A stretch of DNA of 32,000 nucleotides from an archaeon (GTDB taxonomy: Archaea > Iainarchaeota > Iainarchaeia > Iainarchaeales > 1-14-0-10-31-34). The stretch is from assembly GCA_024277355.1 (NCBI GenBank), contig JAJRVL010000004.1, forward strand, positions 360,001 through 392,000, in the 5' to 3' direction. The notes under the pieces were generated by a model. It saw only the letters and a list, made by a program, of their open reading frames with translations. It was not told the origin of the DNA and ran no database searches. A program made the translations under genes and the position numbers. Numbering within the stretch: the first letter of the stretch is position 1; the number at the start of each line of letters is the position of its first letter. Shown in pieces: positions 25,588-32,000 of the stretch.

Positions 25588-25882
25588 TTTTTTCCTCCAA
25601 AGGTTTATCAGAAATAATTGAATCAATAACCCTGTATTTTTCTACTTCAACAGGCCAGACAATTAAAGTGTTTCCTGACTTTTTTGAAAACAAAACTTTA
25701 TTTGAAATTAATTTTTTTAAATAATAAGAATACTTTGAATAAGCTCTTTTCTTTGATTTTCTTGAATCAATTTTATCATTAAATAATTCAGCTAACTCAA
25801 TTGAAGTAACAGGCCAGTTCTCTTTAATTAAATCCAGGAGTTTTAATTCAAAACCAATGCTAATTTCTGAATTGCCAGACAT
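25565..25882 (-). CDS. small winged-HTH DNA-binding protein
   Basis: 105-aa protein. LIKENWPVTSIELAELF...YYLKKLISNKVLFSKKSGNTLIVWP shares the (E/N)WP(L/V)T start of the recognition module with the three paralogs at 14814-17375. It overlaps the downstream V4R gene by 23 nt. Confidence 0.55.
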   Translation of the reverse strand: MSGNSEISIGFELKLLDLIKENWPVTSIELAELFNDKIDSRKSKKRAYSKYSYYLKKLISNKVLFSKKSGNTLIVWPVEVEKYRVIDSIISDKPLEEKNAKQLLR

Positions 25883-25983
25883 TTAAACCTAAAATTAAAA
25901 GAATTCAGCAAATAAAAACCTATTGTTTCTGTCATGCCAGAGAAAAGCTTGTTTTATTAAGATTTTTTGGCTTAATTTTTTTA

Positions 25984-27063
25984 ATGAATTTAATTACAAT
26001 TGATTTGCATACGCATTTAAATGAAAAAAATACTATTCCAAGCGAATACTGGAAAAGAGTAAAGTTAATTGGATTAAATGCTGTTGCAATAACAGAACAC
26101 AATTACTGCAATCCAAGAGATGCATTTGAGAAATTAAATAAAATTAAACCTGAAGACGTTGTGTTAATTCCAGGAATAGAATTAGATACTGATGCAGGGC
26201 ATGCATTAGTTTATGCAAAAGATGAATCACTTTATGATGAAATTGAATTATTTGAAACAAAAGTAGACATTGAAAGAGTAATGGAAATTATAAAAGAAAA
26301 AAACTTTTTTCTGAGTTTTTCGCACCCTTATGGATATGAAAATGATTCAGTTTGTTTTCTAAAAGGAACTGCTGCTGCAAAAAAATTAATTAGAAAAAAC
26401 CAATGCGGAGTAGAAATATACAACGGAATGATTTCACATTTAAGTAATTTTTTGTATGACTCTCAATGGATTGCAAAACCAATTAATTTCTTTTCATTTC
26501 TTGAAAAAAACATGGTGTCAAAAAAAATCGGTTTAGGAAAAGTAGGAGTAAAAATAAAAGATTCACTTGATTCAAAAAGACAGGACATTTTAATGAGATG
26601 CATTAAATCAATTGAATTAGGAAAAGAAGCAGGATTTATAACTGCAGGAAGCGACGCCCATTCAGCTGAAAGAATAGGAACAGGAATAATGAAAATAAAA
26701 TTTAAAAAAGAATTAACTGAAGAAAACATTCTTGAATCATTAAAACAAAAAGAAAACATTGAATGGTCAGGCCCATTAATAGTTGAAACAAGAAAAGGAG
26801 TCTATGAAAAAGTTGACGAACCATTAAAAGGAAAAGAAATAGTACAAGGAGTAAAATACATTACAACAAAAGCAGTGAAAAAAGGAAGCCAGAAAATCAA
26901 AACAAACAAAATAACAAACAAAATTACAGGAATAAAAGATTCAGGAATAGAAAAAATAAAGGAAATAAAAATAAAAGACAAAATAAAAGAAAGCCAAATA
27001 ACAAAAAAAATAAAAAACATTAAAATACAAGATGAAATAAAAAACAGATTAAAAAAAGAATAA
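25984..27063 (+). CDS. PHP-domain metal-dependent phosphoesterase with Lys/Ile-rich low-complexity tail
   Basis: IDLHTHLNE...AITEHN...GHALVY...SHPYG...GSDAHS is the His/Asp pattern of the PHP fold. The last ~60 aa are KIK/KIT repeats. Confidence 0.6.
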   Translation: MNLITIDLHTHLNEKNTIPSEYWKRVKLIGLNAVAITEHNYCNPRDAFEKLNKIKPEDVVLIPGIELDTDAGHALVYAKDESLYDEIELFETKVDIERVMEIIKEKNFFLSFSHPYGYENDSVCFLKGTAAAKKLIRKNQCGVEIYNGMISHLSNFLYDSQWIAKPINFFSFLEKNMVSKKIGLGKVGVKIKDSLDSKRQDILMRCIKSIELGKEAGFITAGSDAHSAERIGTGIMKIKFKKELTEENILESLKQKENIEWSGPLIVETRKGVYEKVDEPLKGKEIVQGVKYITTKAVKKGSQKIKTNKITNKITGIKDSGIEKIKEIKIKDKIKESQITKKIKNIKIQDEIKNRLKKE

Positions 27064-27226
27064 AAAAAATACATAAAAAATAAACAAAAAAAAACAATTA
27101 AAAAAATAAATAAACAAAAAAAATAAAATAAACAATTAAGAAAATAAAAAAAAGAAACAAAATTAAACTAAAAAAAATAACAAATATTAAAAAATAAAAT
27201 TAATAAACCAAAGAAAAAGTGAAAAA

Positions 27227-27634
27227 ATGAAATACTCTTTTTATCCTGAAACAAACATAAGAGACATTCCTGTTAATGCAGAAAAAATTCATTTTATCAG
27301 ACCAATAAAAGAAGCAAAAATAAAAGAACTATTAAAAAAAAGAAAAATAAAAGAAATAAGTTTAAGTGAATCCACATTAAAAAGAATGAAACCTGATGCA
27401 GTAAAATTAATTGAAAAAAAAGAAATCACAATAAAAAAAGAATCAAAAAGAGGAAGAGCCATAAAAGCAGGATTTGATTCAATACTGAAAATAATTGAAT
27501 TAAAAAAAGATTATTTTAGTGCAAGAAAAATAGGAAAACAGACAGGAATCCCAAAAAGCACTGTTCATTATCTATTAAAGTATGCAAACAGAGACAAAAT
27601 TAAAAAGAAAAAGCAGACAATATATTTAGAGTGA
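27227..27634 (+). CDS. small protein with C-terminal Hin/resolvase-type helix-turn-helix, no catalytic domain
   Basis: KRGRAIKAGFDSILKIIELKKDYFSARKIGKQTGIPKSTVHYLLKYA resembles the DNA-binding tail of serine recombinases (GRP..., ..S.r.IA...g.s..TvyryL). The N-terminal ~70 aa are unassigned. Confidence 0.45.
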   Translation: MKYSFYPETNIRDIPVNAEKIHFIRPIKEAKIKELLKKRKIKEISLSESTLKRMKPDAVKLIEKKEITIKKESKRGRAIKAGFDSILKIIELKKDYFSARKIGKQTGIPKSTVHYLLKYANRDKIKKKKQTIYLE

Positions 27635-27640
27635 AAAAAA

Positions 27641-27949
27641 ATGACTTTATATGAAACCACTTTAACTGAATTCAAAAGAAAAGGAGACGAAGAAAAAGTA
27701 AGGTGGCTTGAAGGATTAAACAAAAGAATAACTTTAAGCCAGAAAAAAAGAATCCAAGAAAATGACACAAAAATAATGCAGGAATTATTTACTCCAAAAT
27801 GGGTTTCATGGGAATTAATGTATTCCTGGGCAACAAAAGGACTGCAGACAAAAAATTGTATTTTATGCAATAAAAAAGATTCACTAGGAATGGACTTTAA
27901 AGGAAAATTCTTATGTGCTAATTGCTTTATTGAAATAAAACACAAGTAA
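27641..27949 (+). CDS. hypothetical protein with C-terminal CxxC...CxxC zinc ribbon
   Basis: 102-aa ORF starting 6 nt after the previous stop. The C-terminus is CILCNKKDSLGMDFKGKFLCANCF. Confidence 0.5.
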   Translation: MTLYETTLTEFKRKGDEEKVRWLEGLNKRITLSQKKRIQENDTKIMQELFTPKWVSWELMYSWATKGLQTKNCILCNKKDSLGMDFKGKFLCANCFIEIKHK

Positions 27950-28010
27950 AGTATACATAACTAATAGCAAGACTTATTAATGGGAAAAACTATTGTTTAA
28001 AGTGATAATA

Positions 28011-28400
28011 ATGTTTGAAATAGACGAAAAACTACGAAAAAAGCTTTTAGCTGAAGAATTTAAATTAAGAAAAAAACAACCTCCTTCTTGGGCAAAATTC
28101 AAATACAGGAAATTTGTAAGACTTCCAAAAGAAGAAAGAGAAAAAGAAAAAGCCAAGAAAAAAGCCGAAGAAGAACAAAAACAAAAAGAATTAGAAATAA
28201 AAGAACAAGCAAAAGCAAAAAAGAAAGCAGCAGCTGAAAAAATAAGAGAAAAAGCCAAAGCCAAAAAAGCAAGAGAAAAAGCCAGAGAAAAAAAAGCAAG
28301 AGAACAGGCTAAAGCCAAAGAAAAAAAAGAAAAAGCCAAAGCCAAAAAAGAAGCTGCAAAGAAAAAATCAGTTAAAAAAACAAAAAAGAAAAAAAAATAA
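28011..28400 (+). CDS. Lys/Ala/Glu-rich low-complexity basic protein (histone-H1-like composition)
   Basis: MFEIDEKLRKKLLAEEFKLRKKQPPSWAKFKYRKFVRLPKEE is followed by ~85 aa of (K/R)-A-K-E repeats (AKAKKKAAAEKIREKAKAKKAREKAREKKAREQAKAKEKKEKAKAKKEAAKKK). I placed the start at ATG 28011; the track uses TTG 27993. Confidence 0.5.
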   Translation: MFEIDEKLRKKLLAEEFKLRKKQPPSWAKFKYRKFVRLPKEEREKEKAKKKAEEEQKQKELEIKEQAKAKKKAAAEKIREKAKAKKAREKAREKKAREQAKAKEKKEKAKAKKEAAKKKSVKKTKKKKK

Positions 28401-28404
28401 TTAA

Positions 28405-28899
28405 TTAAATTTTTTTATTTTGAGGTTTCTTTTTTGTTTTAATTACATCTTTTAATTCTTTTAGTGCCTTTTTTTTCATTGCATTGTATTTTTCGTCTTC
28501 CATAAAAGCATCAGAAAAAGGATCTAAACCATCTTTTTCTACTGGTTTTTCTAAATCTTCTCCAAAATCAAATTCTTTAGTTAAATCTTTTGGAGAACTT
28601 TTGAGAAAATCATCTAATTTCATTTTGCTTTCTTTAGGAGAATCTTTAATTAAATCAGTTACTTTAGCTGAAGGCTTATATTCAATTTCAGTTTTATTTT
28701 CTTGTGTTGAAGAATAATCATAATAAATTCTCCAAGCCATAACCCCTGCAATAACAAAAACAATTAATGCAATAATATAATTAAACGGTTGAATTTCAAT
28801 TAAAAAAAACACTGAAATTAACGCCAAAATAAACAATATTGCCGGAAAAGAATAACTTACTTTAAATTTCATAGAATCATTAATTAGTAAACATTTCAT
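28405..28899 (-). CDS. membrane protein (2 TM) with charged C-terminal tail
   Basis: 164-aa ORF with two hydrophobic helices (FPAILFILALISVFFLI and YIIALIVFVIAGVMAW), then an acidic/Lys-rich soluble tail. The start could instead be the internal Met (MKFKVSY). Confidence 0.5.
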   Translation of the reverse strand: MKCLLINDSMKFKVSYSFPAILFILALISVFFLIEIQPFNYIIALIVFVIAGVMAWRIYYDYSSTQENKTEIEYKPSAKVTDLIKDSPKESKMKLDDFLKSSPKDLTKEFDFGEDLEKPVEKDGLDPFSDAFMEDEKYNAMKKKALKELKDVIKTKKKPQNKKI

Positions 28900-29027
28900 T
28901 TATTTAAATATTCCGCTAAAAAAACAACAACAAGATTATCTAAAAAAAGCATATATTTTAATAGAAAAACAAACAAATATTAATACAATTAATTAAACAT
29001 AATTTTTTGTTGTTGAGAGGGAATAAA

Positions 29028-32000
29028 GTGAAAGTAAAAGGACAAAATGAATTAATTATCGCAGTCGCAATAGTTTTAATTGCTGCAGCAGTAGTAACAA
29101 CACAAGTATTAACCTCAACTGATTCAGGTAAAGCTACAATTTATTTTGCACCAGACTGCCAGGCAGCTGACTGCGATGGAAGCCCTCCTGACTGCGCTGG
29201 AACCTGCACTGCAACAACACCTACACTTACTACAGTGTTTAATGGAAATAAAATTGATATAACAATCACAGGAGATATAGGAAACTTACAAAAAAGAATT
29301 GAAGGAGCCACAACTTGGACAAATTTAAACAACACAGGAACTTTTTATGAAGATTTTGATATAATTTCTGGAACAACTTATGAATACAGAACAAACAATG
29401 CAGGAACAGAACAAACATCTGCATACTGCATGAATGATCCTTCCCCTCCAAATTGTTCTTGGGCTTGCTCAACACAAAGCTGTTATGCTTATTCAACAAT
29501 TTCTTCTGTTACAGTTCCAAATATTCCTGCAATTCCAACAGGATTAACTGCTATTCCAGGAACAAACCCTGGAGAAATCAATTTAAACTGGGATGCAACT
29601 TTAGGCGCAGACTATTACAAAATTTATTATTTAACTAACCCAAAAGATTCTTCTTGTCTTACATGCACTTATCCAACCACTCTTACTAATACATATACTT
29701 ATGTGTTTTCAGTCGAACCTGCAAGCGGATTATATTTTTCAGTAAATGCATGTAATTCAAATGGATGCAGTGAATATTCTTCTCCAATGGTTTTTTCTTA
29801 CCCTAAATTAGGAGCAGAAGCAAACGGACCTTACTCAGGAACAATTGGAACAAACATTACATTAACCGGAGCTGCTTTATTTGAAGTAGGAGGCATAACA
29901 ACTTATTTATGGAGCATTACAGGTGCAGGATGCACTTTAACTAATGAAACAACACTTACTCCAACAGCAAATTGTTCAAGTGAAGGAACTGCAACAGCAA
30001 ATATAGTTATTAATGCAGATAATGGACAAGCAACAGATACAACCGCAATAACTATAACTGCAACAACAGACACTACGCCTCCAATAGTAAATATTACTTC
30101 TCCTTTAGATGGACAAACTGTTTCAGGAACAATTAATTTAACTGCTGATGCATCAGATACAAGCGGAATAACAAAAGTAGAATTTTATATTGACACAACA
30201 TTAATTTCAACTGACACAACTTCTCCTTACGAATATTCCTGGAATTCAACAACTGTTTCAAATGCAAGCCACATAATCAAAGCAATAGCAATAGATCCAG
30301 CAGGAAACACAGCAGAAAACACAATTACAATTCAAGTTGACAATTTAGCAGTTCCTGATACTCCAACAGGATTAACTTCATTACCAGGACCTAATATAGG
30401 AGAATTAACAATAAATTGGAATGCTGTTTTAGAAGCAACATATTATTCTGTATTAATTTCTCCTGATTTAGAAGTAAATTACTATCTAGCAACCGATCCC
30501 ACTTATTCTCAAAATAATTATCTTTTATCAGTTTCACAGGAAAATCCAGAAAGTTTTCTAATTTATTTTAAAGTTATGGCCTGTAATTTAACAGGATGCA
30601 GTTTAGAAACTACCTCACAATATGACTACCTTAAATTAGGAGCAAAAACAAACGGACCTTATACTGGATTAATAAACGAACCAATTACATTAACTGCTTC
30701 TCCTTTATTTGCAGCTGGAACTCCAAGTTATTCTTGGATTATAGCAGGAACATCAAACTGCACTCCAATAACTTCAACTGAACAAAACCCCATAATAACC
30801 TGCTTAAATGAAGGAACTTCAATTGCAAATTTAACTATTACAGCAGACAACGGAACTGCAACAAACACAGCAGATATTACTATTACTTCCACAGCAGACA
30901 CTACTAATCCAACAATAAATATTACAAACCCATCTAATGGACAGACTGTTTTAGGAACAGTAAATATAACTGCTAATGCTTCAGACACAAGCGGAATAAA
31001 ACACATAGAATTTATTATTGATGATTCATCAAAAGCAATAGATAGTTCTTCTCCTTATGAATATTCATGGGACACAAGAACAGAAGCAAACGGAAGCCAT
31101 ACAATTAAAACAAGAACAGAAGACGCAGCAGGAAATACTGCTGAAACAAGTATTACTATAAATATAAATAACGCTTCTTCTGGAATTGAATGCGGAAACG
31201 GAATAATTGAATCAGGAGAAGAATGTGAATTTGATTCAGAATGCAACTACTCCAAAACAAACTGCAATACTTCAAATCAAACTTATGGAACAAGAAGCAT
31301 TACCTGCAGTTCTTGCAGTTGTTCAACAGGAAACTGGAATTATGATTCACCAAACTCAACTTCATACTGCAATAACTGTAATGCATGCGGAGACGGAATA
31401 CAAAACTGCAATGAAACAGCAGAATCATGTCCGGCAGACTTTGGAGGAGAAACAGATAATACGCCTCCTTCAATTCCAACTGGATTAAATGTAATAAAAA
31501 CAACAGAAAACACAATTACATTAGAATGGAATCCAAACACTGAACAGGATTTAAGAAGATACCAAATACTTTATTCAACAACAGCCAATAATTACTCTAA
31601 AACTGAAATTGCATTAAAAACAGAAACAAGTTTGATTTTAACAGGATTAAAACCAGACACAAAATATTATTTTGCAATAACTGCAGTTGACTTAAGTGGA
31701 AATGAAAGTCTTTATTCAAATGAAGTTTCAGCAACAACAAAAAAAGAAACAATAACAACAGTTAAAACTCCTGCAAATTTAACAGCAGAATTAAAAGACG
31801 GAAACATCACATTAAAATGGACTCACACTAACCCAAAACCTTCTCATTATATTATTCAAAGAAAAGGAGAATTCTTTGAAGAAATAACTACAACATCAGA
31901 TAATTCATTTACAGACAAAGAAATCACAAAAGGAAAAACATATGCATATAGAATAGCTGGATTTAAAGACGGAAAAACAAGTTCTTATTCAGAAGAAGTA
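29028..32000 (+). CDS. giant surface adhesin-like protein with class III (type IV pilin-like) signal peptide; FN3, PKD-like, Ig-like and Cys-rich modules; 3' end outside window
   Basis: Absent from the track because it has no stop in the window. GTG 29028 lies behind GAGAGGG, and the frame is open for 991 codons to the edge. The N-terminus is (M)KVKGQNELIIAVAIVLIAAAVVTTQVL. Modules include FN3-like (PTGLTAIPGTNPGEINLNWDA..), PKD-like (ANGPYSGTIGTNITLTG..) and Ig-like (PPIVNITSPLDGQTVSGTINLTADASDTSGITKVEFYID...SPYEYSWNS), plus CGNGIIESGEECE. Confidence 0.8.
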   Translation, partial: MKVKGQNELIIAVAIVLIAAAVVTTQVLTSTDSGKATIYFAPDCQAADCDGSPPDCAGTCTATTPTLTTVFNGNKIDITITGDIGNLQKRIEGATTWTNLNNTGTFYEDFDIISGTTYEYRTNNAGTEQTSAYCMNDPSPPNCSWACSTQSCYAYSTISSVTVPNIPAIPTGLTAIPGTNPGEINLNWDATLGADYYKIYYLTNPKDSSCLTCTYPTTLTNTYTYVFSVEPASGLYFSVNACNSNGCSEYSSPMVFSYPKLGAEANGPYSGTIGTNITLTGAALFEVGGITTYLWSITGAGCTLTNETTLTPTANCSSEGTATANIVINADNGQATDTTAITITATTDTTPPIVNITSPLDGQTVSGTINLTADASDTSGITKVEFYIDTTLISTDTTSPYEYSWNSTTVSNASHIIKAIAIDPAGNTAENTITIQVDNLAVPDTPTGLTSLPGPNIGELTINWNAVLEATYYSVLISPDLEVNYYLATDPTYSQNNYLLSVSQENPESFLIYFKVMACNLTGCSLETTSQYDYLKLGAKTNGPYTGLINEPITLTASPLFAAGTPSYSWIIAGTSNCTPITSTEQNPIITCLNEGTSIANLTITADNGTATNTADITITSTADTTNPTINITNPSNGQTVLGTVNITANASDTSGIKHIEFIIDDSSKAIDSSSPYEYSWDTRTEANGSHTIKTRTEDAAGNTAETSITININNASSGIECGNGIIESGEECEFDSECNYSKTNCNTSNQTYGTRSITCSSCSCSTGNWNYDSPNSTSYCNNCNACGDGIQNCNETAESCPADFGGETDNTPPSIPTGLNVIKTTENTITLEWNPNTEQDLRRYQILYSTTANNYSKTEIALKTETSLILTGLKPDTKYYFAITAVDLSGNESLYSNEVSATTKKETITTVKTPANLTAELKDGNITLKWTHTNPKPSHYIIQRKGEFFEEITTTSDNSFTDKEITKGKTYAYRIAGFKDGKTSSYSEEV
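29514..31187 (+). repeat. intragenic tandem duplication, 2 x ~837 nt (FN3-PKD-Ig module triplet)
   Basis: Unit 1 starts at GTTCCAAATATTCCTGCAATTCCAACAGGATTAACT (29514). Unit 2 starts at GTTCCTGATACTCCAACAGGATTAACT (30351). The units are colinear at protein level throughout and visibly similar at DNA level, e.g. CTTAAATTAGGAGCA(G/A)AA(G/A)CAAACGGACCTTA. Confidence 0.75.

Noticed and set aside
27977-28345. Minus-strand ORFs 27977-28345 and 28099-28299 (ALAFS/LFL repeats)
   Set aside because: These are mirror-image readings of the AAAGCC/AAAAAG repeat DNA that encodes the K/A/E-rich protein on the plus strand. Low-complexity repeats are open in several frames.
29141-31540. Eight short track ORFs (both strands) inside 29141-31540
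   Set aside because: All fall within the 991-codon open frame starting at GTG 29028, which has coherent FN3/PKD/Ig domain sequence. The short ORFs are off-frame or antisense.
1-32000. tRNA, rRNA, CRISPR arrays, integrases/transposases, and DGR template/variable repeat pairs
   Set aside because: I scanned by eye for GC-rich ~75-nt islands, regularly spaced direct repeats, recombinase or RT motifs, and near-identical ~100-nt repeat pairs differing at A positions. I found none. The only recombinase-like element is an isolated HTH tail (27227-27634) with no catalytic domain.

Overview
This is a very AT-rich, densely packed window whose housekeeping genes are archaeal: MBF1, proteasome-activating nucleotidase, ribosomal protein L44e, a KaiC-like ATPase and a polyprenyl diphosphate synthase. 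Giant Cys-rich surface proteins, small genes and Shine-Dalgarno-led, ATGA-coupled operons suggest a DPANN-type lineage, which is inference only. I saw no rRNA, tRNA, CRISPR array, integrase or transposase. Conserved genes (M50 site-2 protease, MBF1, PAN, polyprenyl synthase, L44e) alternate with accessory blocks. (1) A RelE/RHH toxin-antitoxin pair is followed by a 546-nt non-coding stretch full of palindromes. (2) An ~8 kb co-directional surface-protein operon (5252-13152) opens with a ~1,120-codon secreted gene. Its post-TM C-terminal domain carries a PD-(D/E)xK nuclease-like signature and is translationally coupled to a small partner ORF, resembling a polymorphic-toxin/immunity module. This block and the adjacent AbiE module contain five reading-frame lesions: two frame changes and in-frame TAG, TAA and TGA. 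(3) The AbiEi/AbiEii type IV TA module has its antitoxin split by that TGA. (4) Three paralogous wHTH-plus-unknown-domain regulators sit beside a DDxxD all-alpha protein and a KaiC-like/V4R operon. A second wHTH/V4R pair lies near the canonical polyprenyl synthase. (5) There are several secreted proteins. One ends in an LPETN-TM-KK sorting signal. Another is a >990-aa FN3/PKD/Ig adhesin that starts with an archaeal class III (type IV pilin-like) signal peptide and runs off the right edge. All functional calls come from motif recognition by eye; none has been checked by a search.
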